Virus record (IMG/VR): IMGVR_UViG_3300013109_000180
Direction: 5' to 3' (one strand)
DNA from: an uncultured virus (IMG/VR IMGVR_UViG_3300013109_000180)
Taxonomy: Duplodnaviria; Heunggongvirae; Uroviricota; Caudoviricetes
Length of the DNA: 20,000 nt
Part shown: positions 1 through 8,106 of the stretch, one piece after another
Layout: each line of letters begins with the position of its first letter
Numbering within the stretch: position 1 is the stretch's first letter
Position numbers and translations under genes: made by a program
Notes under the pieces: model-generated
Databases searched by the model: none
Told to the model about the DNA's origin: nothing
Seen by the model: only the letters and a program-made list of their open reading frames with translations

Positions 1-586
1 TCATAGGCTCGCCACCTAAGAGTGTTAGTAACTTTAATCCTTCTAAGTCTTCATCTATACTATCTATTGATTGAATAAATCCTTTAGGAATACTTTTTCC
101 AGGATTAAATGCACTATATATTATGCTACTAGAGCCGCCGTTACACATTACACATGCCATATTACATAGGTTGCTTAATCCCGTCTCCAACCATTTCATA
201 GCCATTGGTTCGTTTTTATACGTATGAAATCTATACCAAGGTGCGAATCTTTTATGATGTATAGTTCTAAGATGTTCTTTTCCGTATGCCTCTTTGTGAT
301 TTTTGTGGAATTTGCTATCTTCATTTTTATAACATACATTACAACCGCTTGGTCTTTTACCTTCGAGCATCATTTGTCTGATTTTTTGAAAATATTCACT
401 GTTTCTAGCATTTGTTAATCCATCGCTAACCATTGCTCGTTTCACATTATGTTCTTTGGCAAATCTTGCACTCTTACCATGCCATAAGCAACAAGGAACT
501 ACATCACCTTCAGAGCCAATATTGGCACTTACCCAAGGTAATATACAAAAACTTTTTGTTGGTAAGTCATCTAAACTCATTGTCAT
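1..586 (-). CDS. Radical SAM protein with N-terminal SPASM/twitch domain (partial, runs off left edge; absent from ORF track)
   Basis: Hand translation from ATG at 586 (ATGA overlap with the stop of the 583..1677 gene) is open to the window edge: MTMSLDDLPTKSFCILPW...GDVVPCC...CNVC (twitch-like), then SNLCNMACVMC (CxxxCxxC) and LLGGEPM (radical SAM GGEP motif). Confidence 0.9.
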   Translation of the reverse strand, partial: MTMSLDDLPTKSFCILPWVSANIGSEGDVVPCCLWHGKSARFAKEHNVKRAMVSDGLTNARNSEYFQKIRQMMLEGKRPSGCNVCYKNEDSKFHKNHKEAYGKEHLRTIHHKRFAPWYRFHTYKNEPMAMKWLETGLSNLCNMACVMCNGGSSSIIYSAFNPGKSIPKGFIQSIDSIDEDLEGLKLLTLLGGEPM

Positions 587-1677
587 TTAAACTGCTCCCC
601 ATATGGATCAAATTCAGTGCCACATTTCATAGCACAAACTCCCAATTTACCTTCTTTAATGCTGTTTAATGTCCAGCTACGTTGTATATCTTTCATAATG
701 CCACTTTCAAAGACACCCTTTATGGTATTTATCTTAGCACTAATTCCATTCTTGCCTCCTACTCTGTCTATAAAGTCCCATATCTGTTCCACTTTAGGAT
801 CAGTGTGCCACCATTTATACATACGACCTGCTGTCCAACAACAAGGCATAACTAATCCTTCTGCTGTTATAAAAATACTTTTAAGGTCTTTCTTTGCTAC
901 TTTACATGTTATTGTTGCTTGATTATAATAGTCCATCATACTACCATACGTTTTTTCAATCTCTTCTTGTTTTAATAGTGCAAGGTTTTGATGTTCTGCT
1001 TTTTTAGGTTTAGCAAGTTTTTGCATATCTGCACCTTTACGATTCTTTGCTTGGTGTGTTTGTTTAGCTGTACTGTCTGCTCTAACAAAGCGACCTGTTT
1101 TCTTTTTCATAAAACGTTCAACGCCCCATTCTTTAGCAAGTTGTTCAGCACGTTCAACATCACATTCACTATGTTCAAATATTAAATAGTCCCAACGAGC
1201 TCTGCCACCAGCGGCAATAAATGCTTTCATGTTACGTTCAACGTACTCCCATTTAACTCCTTGCCTATATAAATGATTAGTTTCTTCAAGCCCATCTACA
1301 CTAAAGATAACACATCCATTTTTACCTATTACTTTTGCTACATCAGCCCACCACTCTACATCTCTAGCACCTGCGTTTGTATTCATGCTTAACCACATAT
1401 TAGGATTACAATCTCTAAACCATTGAAATATTTCTAATGTATCTCTAGCACTAATTGGGTCGCCCAAGTTACCACACATATACATTGTTTTTAATTGTGC
1501 TATAAAGTCTGCTGGAAATATATCAATACAATCATCAAGTGTTAATTCTTGTAAATTTCCTCTGATATGTTGATTAACTGGTCCACCATTTTCATTACGG
1601 TCACACATAGGGCAACTTGCATTACAACGTTGTGTAACTTCTAAATGAACTTCGTTTATTTGCTTATAATTGTACAT
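583..1677 (-). CDS. Radical SAM protein with C-terminal SPASM/twitch-like domain
   Basis: CNASCPMC (CxxxCxxC), CGNLGDP, NTNAG, FSVDGLEETNHLYR; C-terminal C...IFITAEGLVMPCCW...CAMKC auxiliary Fe-S motif. Confidence 0.92.
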   Translation of the reverse strand: MYNYKQINEVHLEVTQRCNASCPMCDRNENGGPVNQHIRGNLQELTLDDCIDIFPADFIAQLKTMYMCGNLGDPISARDTLEIFQWFRDCNPNMWLSMNTNAGARDVEWWADVAKVIGKNGCVIFSVDGLEETNHLYRQGVKWEYVERNMKAFIAAGGRARWDYLIFEHSECDVERAEQLAKEWGVERFMKKKTGRFVRADSTAKQTHQAKNRKGADMQKLAKPKKAEHQNLALLKQEEIEKTYGSMMDYYNQATITCKVAKKDLKSIFITAEGLVMPCCWTAGRMYKWWHTDPKVEQIWDFIDRVGGKNGISAKINTIKGVFESGIMKDIQRSWTLNSIKEGKLGVCAMKCGTEFDPYGEQFK

Positions 1678-2030
1678 TAATATAATCCATCAAATATAAA
1701 ATAGTCTACTATAAATGTTAATTCAGCACCAATAAAGACTGCTAAGTAATAATTATTTAGCTTATCCCATAGCATTTTAATAATCCACCATGCTATTCCT
1801 ACTCGCAATGTATATAATATATTTGCTTGTAGTATTTCCATTGCTTCTGGCAATGCTTGTGCTTGAAATAAGTATGCAAATATTCCACCGTCATATAAAA
1901 AACTAACCTGTGCGGCAATTAATACTGCAATTCCAAATGGAAAATATTTATGAAAGAATTTTACTATATGTGCTGTAACTAATAATCTAAAGCCTACATA
2001 TATTATATTAGTTAATAATAGTTCCATCAA
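1677..2030 (-). CDS. Small 4-TM membrane protein with internal two-fold repeat (GtrA-like architecture)
   Basis: Halves align: MELLLTNIIY..R...IVK...IAVLIAAQVSFLYDGGIF vs MEILQANILY.R...IIK...LAVFIGAELTFIVDYFIF. 117 aa, hydrophobic, coupled to both neighbours. GtrA resemblance is by size, topology and helix-end pattern only. Confidence 0.55.
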   Translation of the reverse strand: MMELLLTNIIYVGFRLLVTAHIVKFFHKYFPFGIAVLIAAQVSFLYDGGIFAYLFQAQALPEAMEILQANILYTLRVGIAWWIIKMLWDKLNNYYLAVFIGAELTFIVDYFIFDGLY

Positions 2031-2353
2031 TGTGATCGCTTACCATCAAAGACACAAACAAAATATAGTCCTTCTGGTCCACAACTCACTCTATGATGTA
2101 CTCCGTCTTCTATCAAAACTACATCACCTGCTTCTACAAACTTTGGAACATCATTTAAATACATTGTTCCTGCACCTTTAACAAAATAATAAACTTCTTC
2201 TTGGCCAGGATGTGTATGTCCGTTTGTACTTTGGTATGGTTTTAAGTCTGTTGAACTAACAACAAGATTATTTAATAATGTGTTATCTTTAAGTTTATAT
2301 GTTTTATTATCTTTAACAACTACACCACCTATATCGTTTATTTTTAAATACAT
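2027..2353 (-). CDS. Cupin domain protein (Cupin_2-like)
   Basis: Motif 1 GHTHPGQEEVYYFVKG and motif 2 AGDVVLIEDGVHHRV with metal-binding His/Glu. Confidence 0.9.
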   Translation of the reverse strand: MYLKINDIGGVVVKDNKTYKLKDNTLLNNLVVSSTDLKPYQSTNGHTHPGQEEVYYFVKGAGTMYLNDVPKFVEAGDVVLIEDGVHHRVSCGPEGLYFVCVFDGKRSH

Positions 2354-2355
2354 AT

Positions 2356-2613
2356 TTAATCATCCATTATTAGTTTCACATTTTTTCCTGGTCCAATTTC
2401 ACTTGGAAATCCACCGTGCTCTTCACAGTAATATATAATAACAGCTCTATACCATTGCTGACTGTTATGATGTGCTTCTTTATTAAATTTATAGATACTA
2501 TTGTTGTCTGCAGGCATTGTACTAATTGCTCGTGCCGCTTCTCTCTGTAATTCTCTTAGTGTATAATTATCAAGTATTACATTCCACAATTCTTTATCCA
2601 TTTTAATCTTCAA
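2356..2613 (-). CDS. Hypothetical protein
   Basis: 85-aa ORF tightly packed between co-oriented neighbours; no motif recognised. Confidence 0.75.
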   Translation of the reverse strand: MKIKMDKELWNVILDNYTLRELQREAARAISTMPADNNSIYKFNKEAHHNSQQWYRAVIIYYCEEHGGFPSEIGPGKNVKLIMDD

Positions 2614-2848
2614 TTCCTTTTAACTTTAATAGCATAGCTCTTTTTTCGTCTACAAATTCAAATGCTAATATTTGTCTTCCGTTTGTTTCTTTATAAAATA
2701 CTTCTGCTAATTTATAATCAACATTATACTTTAGTCCTTCTTGCCCTAGTAATGATGCTATGTTTGCAATAGCATCGTAAGTGGCAAATGCATCTGTATT
2801 GTCAGTGTACTCGTCTGTAAAAAATCTTATTACTGCTGTCGATTTCAT
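2603..2848 (-). CDS. Hypothetical protein, paralog of 2850..3089
   Basis: Shares G.xGLxY..D and QxLxFxFxD...AML..L.G with the adjacent ORF. Confidence 0.78.
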   Translation of the reverse strand: MKSTAVIRFFTDEYTDNTDAFATYDAIANIASLLGQEGLKYNVDYKLAEVFYKETNGRQILAFEFVDEKRAMLLKLKGIED

Positions 2849-2849
2849 A

Positions 2850-3089
2850 TTAATGTAATGTTAATTTTTGAACACCTGCTAGTCTAATTAGCATAGCTTC
2901 ATGTTTATCTCTAAATCCAAACTTAAGAACTTGTTCATCACCTTCGCGATATGATTCATGAAACCAAAAGTCTGGCCCGTATACTAATCCTTTTGCACCT
3001 ATCTCTGCTGATATTTTACAACACGCATCCATATCAGAATGCTCAGTAAAGTCATCCATAACAAAATCTATGTATATTACATCTTTCAT
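2850..3089 (-). CDS. Hypothetical protein, paralog of 2603..2848
   Basis: GAKGLVYGPDF...QVLKFGFRDKHEAMLIRLAG aligns with GQEGLKYNVDY...QILAFEFVDEKRAMLLKLKG. Confidence 0.78.
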   Translation of the reverse strand: MKDVIYIDFVMDDFTEHSDMDACCKISAEIGAKGLVYGPDFWFHESYREGDEQVLKFGFRDKHEAMLIRLAGVQKLTLH

Positions 3090-3094
3090 ATGTT

Positions 3095-4030
3095 TTATTT
3101 AATGCCGATTAGCATAAACCTATTATAAAGCTCAGTGTCTAAATTACCTTCATACATTATACTCTGCATTGGATATTTAGACTTAGCTTCTTCTATATCT
3201 TCACAACAATTACTATGTTGTGGATTATCAAAATAATCATTTGTGTGTAGTATTACAAACGTTCCTTCTGGTAAATTTTCAAACCAAGTATTATTCATAT
3301 GTTCGCAACTTGTATTAATGACCATATGAATCTTTTCTTCATGTTCAGTATGATGAGCATTATATATCATGCTCTTTCCATTCCATTTAATTTTGTTAAC
3401 ATCATGTGTAATAGCAAAGAATTTACCTTCGCTAACTTCTTTTTCGTATAAACATTCAGTAGGAGGAATAACTTTTGGATCGTTATCAACAGTATAAATT
3501 TTATTTACTTCAAACTGTGAGAATAAAAAGTATGCTACAAAATTATACCAACCACCATAAAATACTACATTACCTAAGTTACCTTCTACACATTTTGCAA
3601 GTTCGGTTGCTAACCAAATTTTACTCTTTACTTGTCCACGTGATAAAAAGTCTCCTAAGTCAGGAAGTAATAAAGATGTTGCATGATCAACTACAAAGTA
3701 ATCAATAAATCTACAAATTCTATTAACAAAATCATCATCTGCCACTGTTGCAATTAAACTAGTAATGAGTTCTGTTTTTACTTCTACATCATTCATATGT
3801 TCATTTAAAAGCATGTTCACCCAGGCTCTACGCAACTCATATGGAACTTTTTCAATTCCTTCGTATTTGCCTTCTATCATATTCATTATTATATCACGTT
3901 TACGATAATAGTTTTGATGATATAATGCTTTAAATACTGGCTCGTATTTTTCTTCTTGTCCGGTAGCCCGAAAGTATTCGCTCAGTCCATTCAACCAATG
4001 AAACTTACTTGTAAATTCAGAGTGCTTCAT
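3095..4030 (-). CDS. Putative class I SAM-dependent methyltransferase with N-terminal helical extension
   Basis: Gly-rich motif I variant VVFYGGWY, acidic residue after strand 2 (IYTVDND), DV at strand 3, VINTSCEH at strand 4. SRGQVKSKIWL and HSNC blocks resemble a family I recall from large phages. Confidence 0.7.
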   Translation of the reverse strand: MKHSEFTSKFHWLNGLSEYFRATGQEEKYEPVFKALYHQNYYRKRDIIMNMIEGKYEGIEKVPYELRRAWVNMLLNEHMNDVEVKTELITSLIATVADDDFVNRICRFIDYFVVDHATSLLLPDLGDFLSRGQVKSKIWLATELAKCVEGNLGNVVFYGGWYNFVAYFLFSQFEVNKIYTVDNDPKVIPPTECLYEKEVSEGKFFAITHDVNKIKWNGKSMIYNAHHTEHEEKIHMVINTSCEHMNNTWFENLPEGTFVILHTNDYFDNPQHSNCCEDIEEAKSKYPMQSIMYEGNLDTELYNRFMLIGIK

Positions 4031-4721
4031 TAAACTTTTCCTTTAGCCATTCCCAATCATTAATCTTATTTAATGCTTTAGTGTTATTTTTATAATGCTC
4101 TCCAAAGTCTCTGCCTTGGTTAGCACCTAGTATTGCATAGTCTCCGTAACGCCTGTCCTCGCCACGTTCGCACCATACTTTCAATCTGTATGCATCATCT
4201 ATTTGTTTATTATTGTCAATGATATTACTTGAAAGTTTAGTACATTCTCTAAATGCACTTCGCCATGTGTTAAATGGGTCTGTATTAAACTGTGTTATAT
4301 TTGAAATTTCAAACATTGGCTTAAATATTGCTCCAATGCTTGTAGTCATATCTACTTTAAACTCTTTTACTGCTAGTAAATTCTTTTTAGGAAATAGTTT
4401 TAATGCACCATTGCCGTACACTAAATCATTAATAGGATTGTGGCTACGATATGTAAATACACATTCTGTTTCTTTTACACCTGGATAAGCCAATCGTCTA
4501 TCGCTTGGTGTAAACTTAAATGCAAAGTTTTCTGTTATAACTGCGTCTGCGTCACACACATAAAAATAACTTGTGCGTGATTCTTCAGCACAGGCTTTAT
4601 GTGCGTTAAGTAATCCTTCAACACCGTCTATGCGTTTAGCATGTGGTGCTTTTTCTTGTAGTATTTTAAAATTATCATCTGCTTCTGGTTCTCCGAACGT
4701 TAGCATGAAAACATCTAACAT
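4017..4721 (-). CDS. Putative GT-A fold glycosyltransferase-like protein
   Basis: N-terminal beta-alpha unit, AHKACA helix, then FYVCDADA (DxD after a hydrophobic strand); conserved-looking SNITQFNTDPFNTWRSAFRECTKL block. Confidence 0.55.
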   Translation of the reverse strand: MLDVFMLTFGEPEADDNFKILQEKAPHAKRIDGVEGLLNAHKACAEESRTSYFYVCDADAVITENFAFKFTPSDRRLAYPGVKETECVFTYRSHNPINDLVYGNGALKLFPKKNLLAVKEFKVDMTTSIGAIFKPMFEISNITQFNTDPFNTWRSAFRECTKLSSNIIDNNKQIDDAYRLKVWCERGEDRRYGDYAILGANQGRDFGEHYKNNTKALNKINDWEWLKEKFNEAL

Positions 4722-4740
4722 AAACTATTTCCTTTATCAT

Positions 4741-4769
4741 ATAATACATTAAGTTGACTGAAATGTCAA
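4741..4769 (-). promoter_or_regulatory. sigma70-type promoter for the GT-like/methyltransferase/radical SAM operon
   Basis: Minus strand TTGACA-17 nt-TATTAT, about 20 nt upstream of the ATG at 4721, with AAGGA RBS between. Confidence 0.8.
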
Positions 4770-4801
4770 GTGATTGTGCGGGTTTTGTCTCGTTATAACT
4801 A

Positions 4802-4808
4802 TATTTAT
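4802..4808 (-). promoter_or_regulatory. ATAAATA late-promoter-like motif
   Basis: CGATAAATAT on the minus strand in an intergenic gap; same core at 8107, 9353 and 10822. Resembles T4 late TATAAATA. Confidence 0.4.
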
Positions 4809-4810
4809 CG

Positions 4811-4842
4811 ACAACAACAACACCCCGATTTGGGGGGTGTTG
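4811..4842 (-). terminator. Probable intrinsic terminator after the three-gene exported cassette
   Basis: Perfect 9-bp stem CAACACCCC/GGGGTGTTG (4818-4826 / 4834-4842), 7-nt loop, 10 nt after the stop at 4853. The U tract is imperfect (UUGUUGU). Confidence 0.6.
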
Positions 4843-4852
4843 CAATTATCAA

Positions 4853-5362
4853 TTATTGTGCAAGTGGGTTATCTAATGCTCTTTGTAATCTTTTATTGAG
4901 TCTTTCTTCAAGATCTGTAAGTTTAAGATCGGTGCTAGTTCTTAGACTATCTGCTTTTTGTTCGTAATCTGTTAATAACTGGTCACGTTTGTTTTCAAAA
5001 CGTTGGTCAGCTAATGTTAATAGTTCACGTACATCTTCGTCAATATCATTAACATCATCTTCAACTTGGTCAACTATTCTCTCTAATCTAACAATATCAT
5101 CACGTAATCCGTTCTTAATATCCTTTGAATACTCTAGTGCTTCGTCTAACTTAGTATTAACTACTGCTAGTTCGGATCTAATTCCACTTAGGTCAGGTGC
5201 TACATATCTTTCTATTTTGGCTTTCATCATTCTATAGTCATTATAGAACTCAAAGCCTCCCCAAGCCGCACCACCTAATGCACTTAACACTGTTAGAACT
5301 AAAAATAATTTACCACCTGTAAACTTTAACCCGCCTACTTCTAGTGTTGTTTTTTCACTCAT
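4853..5362 (-). CDS. Membrane-anchored coiled-coil protein of unknown function
   Basis: One N-terminal TM (LFLVLTVLSALGGAAWGGF), long heptad-like helix, C-terminal LDNPLAQ. Confidence 0.8.
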   Translation of the reverse strand: MSEKTTLEVGGLKFTGGKLFLVLTVLSALGGAAWGGFEFYNDYRMMKAKIERYVAPDLSGIRSELAVVNTKLDEALEYSKDIKNGLRDDIVRLERIVDQVEDDVNDIDEDVRELLTLADQRFENKRDQLLTDYEQKADSLRTSTDLKLTDLEERLNKRLQRALDNPLAQ

Positions 5363-5367
5363 GTGTT

Positions 5368-7596
5368 TTACTCCATTCCTTCATATTGCATGTCAACCAT
5401 CTTCTTATGAAGGAGTTCACTCGCAAGTCCATTTCTCAAACCTCGTTGGTTCTCTGGTATCTTTTTATCTAAGTATATATCTTCAGGTTGATAAAAGTCT
5501 ACGCCAGGAATCATTAGTTTTCCATATGCATTAAATCCTGGCACATAATTAATCAACGCCGCTATTAATTGTTGTAGGGCCTGCTGGTCTTCTAATGACT
5601 GTGCTTCTCCTACTGCAATTGCTAACTCTTTTAACTTTTCTGTAATTATTTCTCTCATTTTCTTTTCTTTAGCCTTTTGTTTTTCTGCCTTTGTTAGTTT
5701 TTTAGTTTTAGTTTTAGTTACAACTGTTTCAGTACTTGTGTCCTCTGCTGATTCTTTCGACTCATCTTCAGGAGCCTCTTCTTCAACTACTTCTTCTTCT
5801 ACTGTTTCGTCCTCTATTACTTCTTCTTCAATTGCTTCTTCTTCAATTGCTTCTTCCTCTATTACTTCTTCTTCAATTGCTTCTTCCTCTATTACCTCTT
5901 CCTCAACTACTTCTTCAGTGCCGGCCTCCGTTTCTGTTTCCACTTCTTCTGTAATTAATTCTTGTTCCATTTGTTCTTCTATTTCTTGTTCTATTTCTTG
6001 TTCTATTTCTTGTTCTATTTGTTCTATTATTGTAGGTGGTTCAACTACCTCAGGTGTTGTTTCTATAACATTAGGTCCTACAATCACTACCTCAGGTGTT
6101 GGTTCTGGTTCAGGTTCAGGTTCAGGTTCAGGCATTGGTTCGGGTTCAAGTGGAGGTGGTATTATTATAACTGTTGGTGGTAATGCTGGTGCTTCAATAA
6201 CACTATCAACAACACTATCGCCTGTTCCTGCACCGTCATCAATTATATCATCTATATCTGTCGTGACAACGGGTGGTATATAACCTGTACACTGTTCATC
6301 ATATTGTGGATTATATGTACACTGTTGATTAAAATATGCTACATCATATCCAGTACATAAGAAATCATACAACGGGTCAGCATCACAACTAGCCTCAAAA
6401 TATCCGTCACATCCTGAATTATATAATGGACTTATTTCACACTGTTGAGTGAAGTAGGCTTCTGCGTACCCAGTACATCCACTATCATATAATGCATTTA
6501 ATCCACATTGTTGTGCATAATAAGCGGCCGCATAACCTGTACAACCTTCATTATATAATGCACTTATGCCACACTGTTGAGCGAAATAGGCGTCAGCATA
6601 GCCCGTACATCCACTATCATATAATGCATTTAACCCACATTGTTGATTATAATATGCTGACGCATATCCATTACAACCCGAATCATATAGTGGATCGGCT
6701 GTACATTGTTGTGTGTAATATGCCGCGGCATAGCCTGGACAACCACTATCGTACAATGCACTTGCGGCACAGGCGGTATCGTATACATATGTTGCGTAGG
6801 CGGCCGCATAACCTGGGCAACTCGGATCATATAAAGCAGAAGCGGTACAAGGATTAGTTCTATACGTAAACCATGTTTGCATATTTGATATAACTGGTCC
6901 ATAATACCCATTCCATTCACCGCCATCATTACCTACAACTCTAAACCTAACATCACCTAATTGATTGGGTGTGTATATTGTTCCTGTTGTTGTTATGTGA
7001 TTATAAAGTTCTATGTTGCCTTCATGTATCTGCCAGACTGCTCCACCAAGATCAGTTGTTTCATTAGTACTGTAAGTGTTTGCGTTATGCCAGTGATACC
7101 ATTTATCGGGTGACCACGTTTCTGTTTTAATAACAGTGCCGTTAGCATCTGTAATTTCTACAGTGACGGCTAGTGTATCAAAATAATCCTCATAGGCACC
7201 TTCTAGAACTTCACCAGTAGATAGATTTACTCTGTTGCTGATATTAGTATCACAATACTTGCCTGGATAGTTAAAGCATCCGTTAATCCAATGCCATTTA
7301 TAATGTACTTTATCAACAGATATACCTGAGGCTGTTAATGCGTTATTAATGGCTACGGATATTGCAAATGTATCTATGCATTCTCCGTAACGAATAGCCT
7401 GAACGCCCCAATTATATGAGTCAATAGTTATAGGCGAGTCACCAGAAGGGCAACCACCATTTGGGTGTGTTATTGTTCCATCATTTAGATTTAATGTTTC
7501 GGCTGTTGTTGTTGTATCAGCTAGTGTGAAACTAGAGTAAAAACATAAGCAAACCAATAAGACCAATGCCTTGCATAGCACCTTCAAGTTTGTCAT
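5368..7596 (-). CDS. Exported Cys/Tyr-repeat protein with Pro/Glu-rich acidic stalk
   Basis: Signal-peptide-like N-terminus (...SSFTLA/D), beta-rich domain, nine C-x9-C-x-GY repeats, (EP)n, (EQEI)n, (EEE[AV]I)n, Lys-rich segment and helical C-terminal domain; AGGAG RBS upstream of 7596. Confidence 0.85.
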   Translation of the reverse strand: MTNLKVLCKALVLLVCLCFYSSFTLADTTTTAETLNLNDGTITHPNGGCPSGDSPITIDSYNWGVQAIRYGECIDTFAISVAINNALTASGISVDKVHYKWHWINGCFNYPGKYCDTNISNRVNLSTGEVLEGAYEDYFDTLAVTVEITDANGTVIKTETWSPDKWYHWHNANTYSTNETTDLGGAVWQIHEGNIELYNHITTTGTIYTPNQLGDVRFRVVGNDGGEWNGYYGPVISNMQTWFTYRTNPCTASALYDPSCPGYAAAYATYVYDTACAASALYDSGCPGYAAAYYTQQCTADPLYDSGCNGYASAYYNQQCGLNALYDSGCTGYADAYFAQQCGISALYNEGCTGYAAAYYAQQCGLNALYDSGCTGYAEAYFTQQCEISPLYNSGCDGYFEASCDADPLYDFLCTGYDVAYFNQQCTYNPQYDEQCTGYIPPVVTTDIDDIIDDGAGTGDSVVDSVIEAPALPPTVIIIPPPLEPEPMPEPEPEPEPEPTPEVVIVGPNVIETTPEVVEPPTIIEQIEQEIEQEIEQEIEEQMEQELITEEVETETEAGTEEVVEEEVIEEEAIEEEVIEEEAIEEEAIEEEVIEDETVEEEVVEEEAPEDESKESAEDTSTETVVTKTKTKKLTKAEKQKAKEKKMREIITEKLKELAIAVGEAQSLEDQQALQQLIAALINYVPGFNAYGKLMIPGVDFYQPEDIYLDKKIPENQRGLRNGLASELLHKKMVDMQYEGME
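5760..6150 (-). repeat. Low-complexity coding tandem repeats (6-, 12- and 15-nt units)
   Basis: Plus strand (ggttca)n = EP, (ttgttctatttc)n = EIEQ, (ttcttcttcaattgc / ttcttcctctattac)n = AIEEE/VIEEE. Confidence 0.9.
6280..6849 (-). repeat. Nine coding repeats of ~66 nt (22 aa), consensus C-x4-LYDSGC-x-GY-x2-AY-x2-QQ
   Basis: Read directly in the translation. Units 4 and 6 are nearly identical in DNA at a 132-nt offset (gtacatccactatcatataatgcatttaa at 6473 and 6605). Confidence 0.92.
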
Positions 7597-8077
7597 TCTT
7601 CTTAGTCTCCTGTTCTGTGTTTTCAGGCTTTAATTCAGGGTTAGAATCCCATGCTTGTTGAGCTTCTTCACCAATTTTACCTAAGTACGGACAAGGAGTG
7701 CCGGCCATTTCCATGGCTTTAAATACTCTTTCGTCTTGGCACATTATACTAACTGCGGCTACCTTCATGCCCATGTCATATATTGTTTTGGCTAGTTTAA
7801 GCCTTTCACAATTCATGTCACGTACTGTTGAACCACCACTAATACCAAGTATCTGTGTTTGAACTGCACCTGATATACCTACAGTACATAAATCGCTATT
7901 ATTACTATTAATACTAGGCGAAATCGCACTAGGTGGCGAACTTTTTACTGTTGTTGTTGTATTTCCGGTTGTTGTTACTGTGCTATTACTAGTACTTTCA
8001 GTTACAATAGGATCAGCATATGCGGCTGTACCTAGTATAAAAACAAAAAATACTAATGCTTGTATTAATACTTTCAT
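7532..8077 (-). CDS. Exported protein with four Cys and C-terminal membrane anchor, function unknown
   Basis: Signal peptide (...TAAYA/D), Thr/Ser-rich linker, DLC...NCERLKLAK...MCQD...GTPCP core, hydrophobic C-terminus; AAGGAG RBS. Confidence 0.85.
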   Translation of the reverse strand: MKVLIQALVFFVFILGTAAYADPIVTESTSNSTVTTTGNTTTTVKSSPPSAISPSINSNNSDLCTVGISGAVQTQILGISGGSTVRDMNCERLKLAKTIYDMGMKVAAVSIMCQDERVFKAMEMAGTPCPYLGKIGEEAQQAWDSNPELKPENTEQETKKNDKLEGAMQGIGLIGLLMFLL

Positions 8078-8106
8078 TAGTATGCTTCTCCTTAATTAAC
8101 TACTAC

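Noticed and set aside
1677..2030. This 4-TM protein as the missing TctB
   Set aside because: It lies over 6 kb away in a different operon and shows an internal repeat that I do not associate with TctB.
5736..6283. Ser-rich, Leu-rich and Phe/Tyr-rich plus-strand ORFs
   Set aside because: They are the reverse-complement readings of the Glu-rich repeats in the 742-aa gene.
6280..6849. Possible CRISPR array (period ~66 nt)
   Set aside because: Units are degenerate at synonymous positions, stay in frame inside a CDS, lack identical repeats with unique spacers, and no cas gene is present.
6280..6849. Multi-core RiPP precursor for the radical SAM enzymes
   Set aside because: The repeats are embedded in a signal-peptide-bearing 742-aa protein in a separate transcription unit; paired Cys fit disulfides better; no peptidase or RRE is seen.
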